Shown here one piece after another: positions 47,630 through 57,175 of a stretch of 64,000 nt of DNA. The DNA comes from a virus. Below the pieces are notes generated by a model. The model was given only the letters and a program-made list of their open reading frames with translations, was not told the origin of the DNA and made no database searches. The position numbers and the translations under genes are program-made. Numbering within the stretch: the stretch's first letter is position 1; each line of letters opens with the position of its first letter. The stretch lies in UHGV virus genome UHGV-0236300. One strand, 5' to 3'.

Positions 47630-48613
47630 TTACCCTTTCATGAAGTGGTTATTAAGCAACTGTCTGTGCTGAACCCACCCACAAAAGTTGGCAGACCAGA
47701 ATTTACCATCGCGGTCTTGATGGGTTACACCTTCCTGCCAAACACAACTATCTTGTGTGATTTCACATGAAGACAGGTAGTAGTTTAAACGTTCCATTGC
47801 ATTGTCGTGATCCATAGGTGTCGCCTGGTGCTCGTAAGGGCTTGCATGAATACGATCCCCACCAATCAATTTTTTAGCCACACTATCTGCTTTTTCAAAC
47901 GTGCTGTCAATATTGCGATAAGATACTTGTGCACAGCAGCTCGCACTAATAGATAGAGCTTCTCCAGTATCGAGAATGCATAGCTTCCCTTCTGTGTCAC
48001 GCACAGCATAGTTAAACTCACCGTCCAAATAAACGTGTTCTACATATGGGGTGTGCCATTGACCTGGTTTAAGGACTTCAGGAGTGCTATTCACAAGAGC
48101 CTCCCACATACAATTAGCCAACATCTGAATCGTAGGATCCGCATCGTGCCAGCAACGGAGGTGGAAAAAATTATTCCACTCGGTGCTTGTTACAACTGTT
48201 TTCATGCGTTGAAAAGGTTCCACTAAGCGGTTACATACTTGCTTATGGTAACCAGCAAGGGCGAACTTCTCTGCATGCCAAGCGGCGTTTTTTGCAGCTT
48301 CTTTCCAAAACTCTTCAGGAGTCAGCTCCATGTCAGTGTATTCTACACGGATCTTTTGATCGTGTTCCCCACCATCTTCCATCCCTCGCTTATTTACACC
48401 GAAGCGAACTGGCATTGCCGGATTCTCCACGATCTGCTGCAGCATCTTGCTGACAGGTACTGCACGAGAAGACATAGCGTTTCGGCTGAACACTCGATGT
48501 GTCATAAGCTCTGAGTGAATAATTCGAGGATATTCTAGCTCAAAAGTGGTGATACGCTTACCTTTCTCGGAAATGCTGTCGGCAATAATCTTTGCAGTGC
48601 ACAGTTTTAGCAT
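47630..48613 (-). CDS. thyX: ThyX-like flavin-dependent thymidylate synthase (divergent)
   Basis: ThyX-type signature THR-x7-SSR (ELMTHRVFSRNAMSSRAV); RBS CAAGGAGAG. Confidence 0.55.
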   Translation of the reverse strand: MLKLCTAKIIADSISEKGKRITTFELEYPRIIHSELMTHRVFSRNAMSSRAVPVSKMLQQIVENPAMPVRFGVNKRGMEDGGEHDQKIRVEYTDMELTPEEFWKEAAKNAAWHAEKFALAGYHKQVCNRLVEPFQRMKTVVTSTEWNNFFHLRCWHDADPTIQMLANCMWEALVNSTPEVLKPGQWHTPYVEHVYLDGEFNYAVRDTEGKLCILDTGEALSISASCCAQVSYRNIDSTFEKADSVAKKLIGGDRIHASPYEHQATPMDHDNAMERLNYYLSSCEITQDSCVWQEGVTHQDRDGKFWSANFCGWVQHRQLLNNHFMKG

Positions 48614-48813
48614 TATTTAGCTCTCCTTGTTTTAATTTTGGAAATTTCGTCTGGGTTTATGTTGGCCTTAAATGCAAGGTATCTGTTGAACATATCGGAG
48701 CACATATCTTGGGTGATCCTAGAGGCATACACCAGCTTACCACCCAGATCATACACCTCTAGCCAGTCACCGTATCTGACTACAGGATCGCCACCCTTAG
48801 AACATCTGCCCAT
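48613..48813 (-). CDS. hypothetical protein
   Basis: RBS GAAGGTA; ATGA-coupled. Confidence 0.45.
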   Translation of the reverse strand: MGRCSKGGDPVVRYGDWLEVYDLGGKLVYASRITQDMCSDMFNRYLAFKANINPDEISKIKTRRAK

Positions 48814-48814
48814 T

Positions 48815-49408
48815 TCAAATACCTTCTAAAAACTTCCCTATTTTATACCAGCTGTTAGCGGTATAGTCAACACTAACCTTCAACTCCTCGAATTGCTCAT
48901 AAGGAGTGTCTTTTAAGATTTTAATAACTTCAGGGCGTGAAGCGAATTGGTTCAGGTATTCATGCCTGTCGTCAATTATAACATCTACAGCCACATTACC
49001 TTTGAAATGTGTGGCGTAGAAGCCGTGACCCTGGGTGTGATCGTCCAGATCCATAAAATCGCTGGTCCAACGCTTTAAGAACCTTGATTTAGATGCAAGG
49101 TGACCTTTCTTGCATACAGAGATAAATGCAAGCTTGTGACCACGAGCCACCAAATCTTTCATAACCTCAATAGCCCCCTCTTCAGGCTTAAGAAAGTCGT
49201 AGAGGAACGGGTCACTCCAGAAATCAAAAGGTCCTATGATGTTTTCTTTGGGGCGATCAGGCCAATACTTTGACAGATCGTAATACATCAGCCCGTTAGA
49301 AGGTTTAGCAACTGTCTTGCTGGCTGGACCATATAAACGCTCTAGCCACTCCCACCATGCTGTTCCTGAGTCTACCAGTGTTAAATCTACATCAATTCCG
49401 ATCAGCAT
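48815..49408 (-). CDS. HAD-family hydrolase, likely 5'(3')-deoxyribonucleotidase
   Basis: HAD motif I GIDVDLTLVD (DxDxT); later IIDD; RBS AGAGGT. Confidence 0.6.
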   Translation of the reverse strand: MLIGIDVDLTLVDSGTAWWEWLERLYGPASKTVAKPSNGLMYYDLSKYWPDRPKENIIGPFDFWSDPFLYDFLKPEEGAIEVMKDLVARGHKLAFISVCKKGHLASKSRFLKRWTSDFMDLDDHTQGHGFYATHFKGNVAVDVIIDDRHEYLNQFASRPEVIKILKDTPYEQFEELKVSVDYTANSWYKIGKFLEGI

Positions 49409-49413
49409 TGTTC

Positions 49414-50016
49414 TCAGACCTCTTTAGCATCAATATACTTGCACACAATCTCAGATGCGCACTCCCAAGGAGACCCCTCAGGGTTAACAACATCAAACTC
49501 GATACCTTTTATCCCGTTCTTCTCTAGGCTAAGGTAAGTTCTGGAATCATTCCCCCAATCATACCCTGCACGGTGGATACGGAACAGTAGAAGATCACCA
49601 CCTGTGCTGTATGCGTACTCGCCAAGGCATGCCAGCTCCTCTTTGAAGCCACCATCGGAGTAAACAACAACCCCTTTACCTTCAGGGAAATCTTTCTTCA
49701 AGGATGCTACTGCGGCCTTACCGAAAGCGTCTTCACCAAAGATAGGTTTAATCAGATTTTCACTACAATGGATCATCCATTCTCGCGGAGAAACATGCTT
49801 GCCGTCTATCATTAAGAACGGGCACGGTTCTTCTTTGTAGCGGCGATCATAGAGTGCATTCCACAACTGTGGTGAAATACCAGCTGCCTTAATTGCCACA
49901 CTGAATAGCATTTCCTTTACCTCGCGGTGATGCGAGTTTGGAATGGCTTCCAACAAAAGATCTGCGATATGGTCTTTTCCAGAACTTGGTGGAGCATTAA
50001 GAACAATAATATCCAT
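49414..50016 (-). CDS. deoxynucleoside monophosphate kinase-like protein
   Basis: P-loop variant SSGKDHIAD as in T4 gp1 (RSGKDTTAD); RBS GGAGG. Confidence 0.5.
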   Translation of the reverse strand: MDIIVLNAPPSSGKDHIADLLLEAIPNSHHREVKEMLFSVAIKAAGISPQLWNALYDRRYKEEPCPFLMIDGKHVSPREWMIHCSENLIKPIFGEDAFGKAAVASLKKDFPEGKGVVVYSDGGFKEELACLGEYAYSTGGDLLLFRIHRAGYDWGNDSRTYLSLEKNGIKGIEFDVVNPEGSPWECASEIVCKYIDAKEV

Positions 50017-50207
50017 TAAAAACCTCCGTGGTATTCTTCAACTGCATCAATAATACTTTTACACTTATCTACCAGCTCGTTAGCCACTACAGCATCGTCT
50101 TCCCAAACAGCCTCCTCAATCTGGTCAAGCAGTGATCGCATCTTTCCCATCATTTCTGGAATAAAGCTTTCTGAAAAGCTGTCTGGGATTGTTAACTCTG
50201 GTGTCAT
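50016..50207 (-). CDS. hypothetical acidic protein
   Basis: ATG after GGAGAC. Confidence 0.45.
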   Translation of the reverse strand: MTPELTIPDSFSESFIPEMMGKMRSLLDQIEEAVWEDDAVVANELVDKCKSIIDAVEEYHGGF

Positions 50208-50234
50208 TGCGGTCTCCAATCATACTGTGCGTTA

Positions 50235-50675
50235 TTAGAAGTTTGTTTTTACACGTCCCTTTTCATCTACTTCGTTGTTAGCTAAAAGCGTTACAAAGTC
50301 TGTAAAACGAACATGAAGAACTCTTTTCTTATCTAGGTATCCTAAAGCCACACCTGAGAAATTTACCATCAAAGGGGCTAAAGAAGCTCTGGCACTGAGA
50401 TGTTGCTGTTCCACTCTTCCAACACCTTTAGTATAAGAAGGGTTGAGATTGTAAGTTCTGAATCCAAGTTTTGTTGGAGCTTTAGAATTAAAAACAACTT
50501 TATAACGTTTCTTACTCAGCTTATGTTCCAGAATAAGCATCCCCTTTTCACCACGGATAAGCTGAAAATCTGTAAAATGCTCTTTTAAGACAAAAGGTAG
50601 TGCCAGGCCCATAGCCTGCCCCCTTTGCACAGCTGTCTCACCAAAAGCTTTTGCATCAGTAAGCTCTTTAGTCAA
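50235..50675 (-). CDS. hypothetical protein (start uncertain; alternative ATG at 50612)
   Basis: ORF with TTG start at 50675; internal ATG at 50612 has AAAGGGGG RBS. Confidence 0.45.
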   Translation of the reverse strand: MTKELTDAKAFGETAVQRGQAMGLALPFVLKEHFTDFQLIRGEKGMLILEHKLSKKRYKVVFNSKAPTKLGFRTYNLNPSYTKGVGRVEQQHLSARASLAPLMVNFSGVALGYLDKKRVLHVRFTDFVTLLANNEVDEKGRVKTNF

Positions 50676-50677
50676 GT

Positions 50678-51469
50678 CTATAGATCATACCTGGTCTCCA
50701 AAATGTATTGTAGTTCTTTCTTGCCTATACTCTTCATTCCAGCAGTCTTACCTGCTTCTTCTTGAAAAGAAGAATAGCATTCAGCAAACACTCTGTCAAC
50801 ACCGTCAACTAAAGATTTTATGAAATATGTTGATTCTTCAGATTTTGGGTCATCATCCCCCAATACTTTTCCAGCATTATACCCAACACGTCTTATGCAG
50901 AAGTCGTAGTCATCTGGTGTACTAAAAGAAAATAGCTTATTCTCCCCAATCTCTACAGGATCCCTATTGCACACCTTTTTCTCCCAAATTTGGAAAACAC
51001 ATGGCACGTCATAAGGTTTGCCGTTGAGTAAAAACGAGTTCTTGGGGCACCTTTCACTGTAAATAAGGTGCATCGACATGTCCAGTTTGTTTGCAAAAAA
51101 TATTTTTTCAAATGTCCGTGGCAAGATGAAGGCTATAGCCCCACCAGGCTCTAGCAATGATGCGCAGTGGTTAAAAAACTTGCAAGCTAAAGACGAATTT
51201 TTGCCGAATGGGGGATTACCTATGAAGACATCAGCCTTAGGGTACACCTCTAAGAAGTCTGCCTTAATACACGGTGTTGGGCCTTCAAATTCAGGATCTG
51301 GTACCAAATCGTACGACAGTATCTCTGAAAATAGTTTTGAAAAAGAACCCTTTCCAGCAGAAGGCTCAACGTATGCACAACTCCCATACTTACCTTTTAC
51401 TTTACCAACAAGATATTCTGCATACTCAGGGTCTGTGTAATATTTGTCGTTGGACTCTTTCTTGCTCAA
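50678..51469 (-). CDS. DNA N6-adenine methyltransferase (NPPF-type)
   Basis: Motif I VEPSAGKGSF; motif IV IGNPPFG. Confidence 0.7.
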   Translation of the reverse strand: MSKKESNDKYYTDPEYAEYLVGKVKGKYGSCAYVEPSAGKGSFSKLFSEILSYDLVPDPEFEGPTPCIKADFLEVYPKADVFIGNPPFGKNSSLACKFFNHCASLLEPGGAIAFILPRTFEKIFFANKLDMSMHLIYSERCPKNSFLLNGKPYDVPCVFQIWEKKVCNRDPVEIGENKLFSFSTPDDYDFCIRRVGYNAGKVLGDDDPKSEESTYFIKSLVDGVDRVFAECYSSFQEEAGKTAGMKSIGKKELQYILETRYDL

Positions 51470-51477
51470 AGTGCCTC

Positions 51478-51510
51478 CAAAAATGAAAAGGGAGGCGCAA
51501 GCCTCCCTCT
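51478..51510 (-). terminator. rho-independent terminator
   Basis: Minus-strand hairpin GGGAGGC/GCCTCCC then TTTTCATTTTT. Confidence 0.6.
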
Positions 51511-51515
51511 ACTTG

Positions 51516-52499
51516 TCAGATTATCTGAATCAGGGTGTTTTTCATCTCTTCTCTGGTACGGATGTTGTTACGATCACGAACAACAGATCCACAACCTTCG
51601 CAGCGGTATGTTTTAAATGCACTCAGCTGAGTATACGCCAAAGCTTCTTCCTCGTGAAGGTGTTCTCCACCACAACGTGGGCAACGAACTTTTGACTCCT
51701 CATCTTGGTAGTACAATGACATGTTAGGGTGCTGCTTGGCAAACGGACGCGCCAGCAAATACAGGCCTTCCAGAGACAAGATGTCCCCAACATTATACTC
51801 CCGCATCTGTTTAAACGCCTCAAGATCACCATGAACACACTTGATCCACATTTCAAATGTGTGGTCAATCAGCTTCTGTCGGGCCAGTTGGAAGTATTTA
51901 CATGCATACTCTAACGTGTTTGCATTCAAACGGAATGCCTTTTTAATCATCTTGAGGGTGTCAACCTCTTTGTATGGACTTGTTGGCGGCAAACCGTGAA
52001 ATGCAAATCGTTGGTTGGCCCACCCACAGTCAAAACCAGAGTTGTGCGCTACTGCGACATCACATTTATCCAGATAATACCACAAATCTTGAATCAGTTC
52101 AAGATCGTTGTGGATATCCTCGCCCCACATTTTGTAATCGGGAAGAGCACAGTCAACCACGCTAGGGCTGTCTAACCATTTACCTGCGAAAGTTAGCATA
52201 TAAGGCATAATTTCAATACCGCAGGTTTGAATGTTGGTCTTATAGTGCCCAAAGAACCAGCCGTTTGTTGGGGATGTCTCTGTATCATACACCCAAACTT
52301 TAGCGCCCTTGTGTTCTTCAAGGAAGCGCTCCGTTGCCTCCCCTACAATCTCTGACATATTCTCTTGTGCACGTTTAAGCTGTAGCCGGATCCAGCTCTC
52401 ACGTGACTCACGACCTAAAAATTCACGAGCAATCTGTCTATTAGTGTATCCCTGTTGCTTTAGTGTTAAAATTTGCTCAAGAGTTAACTTTGTCATCAT
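51516..52499 (-). CDS. DnaQ-like 3'-5' exonuclease (DEDDh) with C-terminal zinc ribbon
   Basis: Exo I VWVYDTETS; HNSGFD; C-terminal CPRCG...CEGCG; RBS AAGGAA. Confidence 0.6.
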   Translation of the reverse strand: MMTKLTLEQILTLKQQGYTNRQIAREFLGRESRESWIRLQLKRAQENMSEIVGEATERFLEEHKGAKVWVYDTETSPTNGWFFGHYKTNIQTCGIEIMPYMLTFAGKWLDSPSVVDCALPDYKMWGEDIHNDLELIQDLWYYLDKCDVAVAHNSGFDCGWANQRFAFHGLPPTSPYKEVDTLKMIKKAFRLNANTLEYACKYFQLARQKLIDHTFEMWIKCVHGDLEAFKQMREYNVGDILSLEGLYLLARPFAKQHPNMSLYYQDEESKVRCPRCGGEHLHEEEALAYTQLSAFKTYRCEGCGSVVRDRNNIRTREEMKNTLIQII

Positions 52500-52511
52500 C
52501 GTTAAGATTCC

Positions 52512-52733
52512 TTAGTAAAACTGAAGAATGTCTTTTAAAGCGAAGTCACGATATTCGCCCTTGTCTACATCAAATGCATGCATCAACCACTGATCTTCTT
52601 TATGATAATCTGTAGAGCCAAACCATAAACTAGGCTCAGTAACGCAGCGATCTGCAACAACACCTTTCCAGTTACGGTATTTCATCCTGATCAGAACTGA
52701 ATCGCAAGGATTGAATACCTTTTTCATCTCCAT
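52512..52733 (-). CDS. hypothetical protein
   Basis: 73-aa ORF. Confidence 0.4.
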   Translation of the reverse strand: MEMKKVFNPCDSVLIRMKYRNWKGVVADRCVTEPSLWFGSTDYHKEDQWLMHAFDVDKGEYRDFALKDILQFY

Positions 52734-53277
52734 AGAAATCTCTCTCCTCAGTTTTCTTTATAAACTCCTGCATGTAGGCCTCAATAGCCTCATGCTTGGT
52801 ATACTCTGAATTAATGACAAGATCTAGATCCGATTCTGCCCGTGCAATAATCGTAGCTTTAGAGCATCTCCTCAAGAACTTTGTCATATCGTCCCTGTAG
52901 TTTTTGTGGAGCGGGAAGTCGCTGTAGTCTTTCTCCAGATAGTCAGCCATCCGGCGCAACGCCTCTGATAAACTGCAATCTGTATACTCGTTACAGTATT
53001 TCATCCAGTATTTAAGCACATACCCCTCAAAGGTATTAGTGCATTGGGACAAAACACCCCTGCAACGACCAGTCAGATGATCATGATCTAAACAAGGCTT
53101 ACGAAGTGGTTCGCACAAGATCGGATCAAGACCATCCTGCTCTTCTGACAATTCTTTCCGAAAGTTAGCTATGTCCTTAGAATCTTTTAGCCACCCGCTA
53201 TGAACGGGGGCTTTGACAGCTTTCTTTCTTATTTTACGCTTTGCGATAATCCCTCCAGATGCGCCCTGCCTATCCAA
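52672..53277 (-). CDS. endonuclease VII-like (His-Me finger) nuclease
   Basis: CLDHDHLTGRCRGVLSQCTN matches T4 endo VII catalytic core (HDH...GxxRGxLCxxCN). Confidence 0.6.
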   Translation of the reverse strand: MDRQGASGGIIAKRKIRKKAVKAPVHSGWLKDSKDIANFRKELSEEQDGLDPILCEPLRKPCLDHDHLTGRCRGVLSQCTNTFEGYVLKYWMKYCNEYTDCSLSEALRRMADYLEKDYSDFPLHKNYRDDMTKFLRRCSKATIIARAESDLDLVINSEYTKHEAIEAYMQEFIKKTEERDFYGDEKGIQSLRFSSDQDEIP

Positions 53278-53858
53278 TAAGCATCTGCGAGATCGGCCTT
53301 ACCTTGTACCAAATTGATCCCATCTAGGAACCCCGGTTCAGATACTTCGCAGGCCTTAACCATCAACTTTTTATCCATCGTAACAGGTTTCTTCACAGTA
53401 AGCTCCTTACCTGTCCTTTTGTCAAGCTTTTTCTTCTCCTCAAAAGCAAGTTCTTCAGGAAGATGACTACGAGCAAACTTTTTGGCAGTTGTTGGTGTCA
53501 CTGTGTGAACCTTAAACAGGCCGTCATTTTCACAATCTGCTAAAGCATCCCAAAGCATAACTTCAAGACCGTAAAACAACCCAGCCAGTTCACGTGTGGC
53601 ATCTCCTCGCGATCCGAAGGAGAGCCCTTCCATAACCACGGTGTCAACGCCGTGCGTGTGGATATAATATCTAACCTGTTTGCAGATCCAGTCAATACGC
53701 TCAGCAGCTGTTGCAAAAGAAACCGTCCCTGGTTTCTTCTCTTTTGCAGACGAGCTTTGGGTTCGTAACACAACCTTATGAACAGGCCTACCATCGTCCC
53801 ATACAACGCAGGCAGTGTGGGTAAGAGACTGGTCTATAGACAGCAGTCTTTCTCTCAT
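53229..53858 (-). CDS. RuvC-like Holliday junction resolvase
   Basis: N-terminal SIDQSLTHTACVVWDDG and MEGLSFGS segments typical of RuvC fold; RBS AGAGGA. Confidence 0.5.
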   Translation of the reverse strand: MRERLLSIDQSLTHTACVVWDDGRPVHKVVLRTQSSSAKEKKPGTVSFATAAERIDWICKQVRYYIHTHGVDTVVMEGLSFGSRGDATRELAGLFYGLEVMLWDALADCENDGLFKVHTVTPTTAKKFARSHLPEELAFEEKKKLDKRTGKELTVKKPVTMDKKLMVKACEVSEPGFLDGINLVQGKADLADAYWIGRAHLEGLSQSVK

Positions 53859-54181
53859 GCTGTTTCCTCTTCATCTGGGGCATAAGCTTTGTCTTTGAAC
53901 AACACAAGGGAGCAAAGCTTAACATCTGTTTCCACACTGGTAAACATGCATAACCGCTCGCCCTCGATCAGCTCACAGTCCTCTTTTAAAACAGCAGACC
54001 ATACACGATCATCTGCGTAATCATCAGTATACAAGATGTATGCAATAGTATCATCTTCATACAATCGCCACATACCTGTGGCAACAATAAATGTATTTTT
54101 TGTTTTAATGGTGCCTGTTGTATGATCATCCTCAAAAACAGCTTCCATAATTGCATTATCTACAGAATTTTTAGTCATCAA
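53855..54181 (-). CDS. hypothetical protein
   Basis: 108-aa ATGA-coupled ORF. Confidence 0.45.
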   Translation of the reverse strand: MMTKNSVDNAIMEAVFEDDHTTGTIKTKNTFIVATGMWRLYEDDTIAYILYTDDYADDRVWSAVLKEDCELIEGERLCMFTSVETDVKLCSLVLFKDKAYAPDEEETA

Positions 54182-55317
54182 ATTGCTCCAACATTTCTAA
54201 GAACGTTAACAAGTTTTGTTTGATCATTGAATGTTCGCTTCATATACAAACAGTCAAAAATTATACTCATCCACTGGCCTACGGAAATCCTACGGTCGAT
54301 ACCATTGAAATCAGTATACTTAACGGCACCTTTCGGAAACCATTTTTTATACTGATCAATAATTGCTAACCACATCTCTTTCGGTGTGCTGCACTGAGAC
54401 AGTAAGGAGAATGCAGATGCATCTCCAAACTTTCCTTTACCAATAAGCCCTTGGTAAGGCTTAATATTGTCAGCCGAGTCACCACACAGCATTTGATAAC
54501 CGAAGAACAACATTCCATACCCACCAACATCGCCGTTTGGTTTCATGAATATGTTACCCATACCGTTATCAATGAGCATAGGTGTCTCTCTTACAAAATC
54601 ACCTTTATCGTTCCTCATCGGATCGAATACAAGCCCAGGAAGTGTTCGCTGGTCCTTATCTATAGAGATAATAAACTTGTTGAACTTTCCTGTTTTCTGG
54701 TAGTGGTTCCAACCTTCAAATTGCTGGATAGCTAACCAGTCGTCAGCTTCAATACCGTTGATCACTTGAGCGTTATATTGCTTTTGTAGATACTGTCTTG
54801 CATCTTCAAGCAACAGTGGTCGAAGAGTATTGTTACGGTTGGCTTTATATCGTTCCGGCATGGGAAGATCTAGTCTGAAATTGCCTGTTCCTCCAAGCAC
54901 CCCTACGCACCGATCTTCAGGAATACCGAGATAGTTAAGGACTGCATTAGCTTTACACTTAATTGTGTGCAAGCAGTTCTCTACAGGATCAGGGGTTTGG
55001 ATATCCAAGACATCAAAATCTTCGCGTGTCCACGGAATAAACTCCTTGCCAGCTTTTTTACATGCAGCTTCACGGTTGGTGTTCTCAGCCTTTAACCAAC
55101 CGCCAACTGCGTTCTTCTGCCTCCCCCAAAATTCTGTTCGTGTTTTAAACACCTTCTTACGTCCGGAGGCTTTATGTGTTACCTCAATTGTCCTTTTTTC
55201 ACAACTTGCTGCAGCTTGATATGCAACCTGATCGAAGTCATAATAAACTATAGCGTCAGGTTCAAGAAGATCAGCTAGACAATCTATAGACTCAATAAGT
55301 GGATATTCTCTACTCAA
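54178..55317 (-). CDS. 5'-3' exonuclease / flap endonuclease (FEN family)
   Basis: INGIEADDWLA and GDSADNI motifs; TTG start after AGGAGGG. Confidence 0.75.
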   Translation of the reverse strand: MSREYPLIESIDCLADLLEPDAIVYYDFDQVAYQAAASCEKRTIEVTHKASGRKKVFKTRTEFWGRQKNAVGGWLKAENTNREAACKKAGKEFIPWTREDFDVLDIQTPDPVENCLHTIKCKANAVLNYLGIPEDRCVGVLGGTGNFRLDLPMPERYKANRNNTLRPLLLEDARQYLQKQYNAQVINGIEADDWLAIQQFEGWNHYQKTGKFNKFIISIDKDQRTLPGLVFDPMRNDKGDFVRETPMLIDNGMGNIFMKPNGDVGGYGMLFFGYQMLCGDSADNIKPYQGLIGKGKFGDASAFSLLSQCSTPKEMWLAIIDQYKKWFPKGAVKYTDFNGIDRRISVGQWMSIIFDCLYMKRTFNDQTKLVNVLRNVGAI

Positions 55318-55618
55318 AGACCCTCCTGTTAGTTACTCTGCAAGATGGTTGGATGCTGTAATGGAATGCATCATCACTCTCTGCAATAAGAGACTCAACA
55401 TCCCAATATTTTTCAAAAAGGAACGGATTAGACCCCCAGTGGTGGGTTATTTTCATCAAGGAGTCTGGTATCAGATAGCCACAAATCTTAATTACATCAC
55501 CAGGTTGAATGGTGTTTTCATGAAGGTTGCTTGCCTTCTTCAGGATCATACCTTTATGATTCTCGTTTGCATACAACTGGACAATATCTTTATCTTCAAC
55601 AATAAAAATTTTAAGCAT
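55310..55618 (-). CDS. hypothetical protein
   Basis: RBS TAGGAGAA. Confidence 0.5.
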   Translation of the reverse strand: MLKIFIVEDKDIVQLYANENHKGMILKKASNLHENTIQPGDVIKICGYLIPDSLMKITHHWGSNPFLFEKYWDVESLIAESDDAFHYSIQPSCRVTNRRVFE

Positions 55619-55677
55619 GTCTAGTTCTCCTAGTTTATAAATATCTGACTGATAATATCAGATTAATAGAACTTTTG

Positions 55678-55968
55678 TCAAGACTTTTTAGTCTTTCTTG
55701 GAGAGCCTTTTGTTGATCTTTTCCTTTTGTGGTAGATTCCAAGTGCGGCGTTTTCTTGGGCGCACGTTTTAACAGTTCTCAGACAAGAACTTTCAGCTTT
55801 AGGCAGGTTTAACTCCCACCAACCAAGCCAGTAAAGTTCTGATTCAGACAATTGCTCAGATTCAGCCTTCCGATACAATGATTGCATACCTCTGATAATG
55901 TCGTCCAGAGGCGTATCAAATACAAAAGCTGTCTTATCGAATTTCTCTTTTACAGGTTTCTTAGCCAT
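55678..55968 (-). CDS. hypothetical basic protein
   Basis: RBS GAGGGT. Confidence 0.45.
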   Translation of the reverse strand: MAKKPVKEKFDKTAFVFDTPLDDIIRGMQSLYRKAESEQLSESELYWLGWWELNLPKAESSCLRTVKTCAQENAALGIYHKRKRSTKGSPRKTKKS

Positions 55969-56425
55969 CAAGGTAACCCTCTATCCACGAAAAGTCAGTC
56001 TTCCATTCCGGAACTTTACTAAGCTCACGCCACTCTGCAAAGCAGTCTCGGTAATACGCCTCTGCCATACCCTTGGTGATCTTATTCACCTTAGCCAACT
56101 GATTAACTGCCTGAGCATACTTTCCACGGATATTTGCTAACCCAGGATGCACCGATGTGTGACAATCTGGGCACAACGCTATCAGTCCGACAAGCCGGAT
56201 CACTCCCTCTTCGAAAGTGTAAAGTTCATGACACTCCACCGGATGTTTGCTGCCTTTACCGCCGCACACCTCACAAGTATAGTTGGCTTCTCTGTAGCAC
56301 TTCTTACGGATCTTATCCCACTCACTCTTCTTCACAGCGTTTCGGAGATTATTATACCAAGCTGTCTCTGGGATCAGCTGTACAATAAGCCTGCGTTCAG
56401 ACTTCATTAAACGTCCGTCTTCCAC
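55961..56425 (-). CDS. HNH-family endonuclease (free-standing)
   Basis: CEVCGGKGSKHPVECHELY ... LCPDCH (paired Cys plus His/Asn). Confidence 0.55.
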   Translation of the reverse strand: MEDGRLMKSERRLIVQLIPETAWYNNLRNAVKKSEWDKIRKKCYREANYTCEVCGGKGSKHPVECHELYTFEEGVIRLVGLIALCPDCHTSVHPGLANIRGKYAQAVNQLAKVNKITKGMAEAYYRDCFAEWRELSKVPEWKTDFSWIEGYLDG

Positions 56426-56434
56426 GTATCCTCC

Positions 56435-56641
56435 TCATTCAAAGAAATGGGTGCGAGGGCAGGAACCTGCCTCGCCTTGTTTCACAAGCTCGTAGAGCTC
56501 ACCTTGGCTTGTCTCATAAAGGCAAATACGTTTACCATTGTCCCGATATACATCCACAAGATACGCTGTTTCACCTGCAAACACGACACCACAGGCAAGG
56601 CATGCTGCCATGAACAAAATTGCCAACAGAAAATCTTTCAT
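56435..56641 (-). CDS. small lipoprotein (signal peptide plus lipobox)
   Basis: MKDFLLAILFMAACLACG with L-A-C lipobox; RBS AGAGGGT. Confidence 0.55.
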   Translation of the reverse strand: MKDFLLAILFMAACLACGVVFAGETAYLVDVYRDNGKRICLYETSQGELYELVKQGEAGSCPRTHFFE

Positions 56642-56704
56642 GGTTAAACCCTCTTGAGTACTTTATGAGGTAACAATACCACATCCATGTGGTCATGTCA
56701 ATGA

Positions 56705-57175
56705 CTAATCTAGGACAACACCGCCTGACTTTTTAAACACCTCGATCAACTTTTCGATCTTCTGTTCGTGCTGACCATACCCTGCACCAGGAAGGCTTGC
56801 CCATCGGGATCTGCAAAGATGGATGGCCTGATGAATACGACCTTCATCAATATCATCGAGCGCCTTGCACTCACGGATCAATTGTAGTGCGATCTTATCC
56901 TGACTGGCAGGGCCAAAATCTGGTAATCCTAACTGTTTCATATAGTGTTTAGCAAACTTCTCCAAAACTTGGTAGCGACCCGCAGCAGAGGAGGTAAGTT
57001 TAGCATTTAGCTTAACGTACACACCTGGATGCTTACTGTAATCGCTAAACAGCTTGCCACCGACTATGACATCATAGCCACGATCCTTGGTAGGTTGTCT
57101 ACCATTATCTGTGCCTTCTGAATATGCGATCATATCCAAGAAAGCTTTTCGTTGAACATTTTTATCAAGTTTCAT
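56705..57175 (-). CDS. endolysin, lambda R-type lytic transglycosylase
   Basis: RKAFLDM.A.SEGTDNGRQ...GYDVIVGG...WASLPGAGYGQ, estimated ~65% identical to lambda R from memory; RBS GGAGAG. Confidence 0.9.
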   Translation of the reverse strand: MKLDKNVQRKAFLDMIAYSEGTDNGRQPTKDRGYDVIVGGKLFSDYSKHPGVYVKLNAKLTSSAAGRYQVLEKFAKHYMKQLGLPDFGPASQDKIALQLIRECKALDDIDEGRIHQAIHLCRSRWASLPGAGYGQHEQKIEKLIEVFKKSGGVVLD

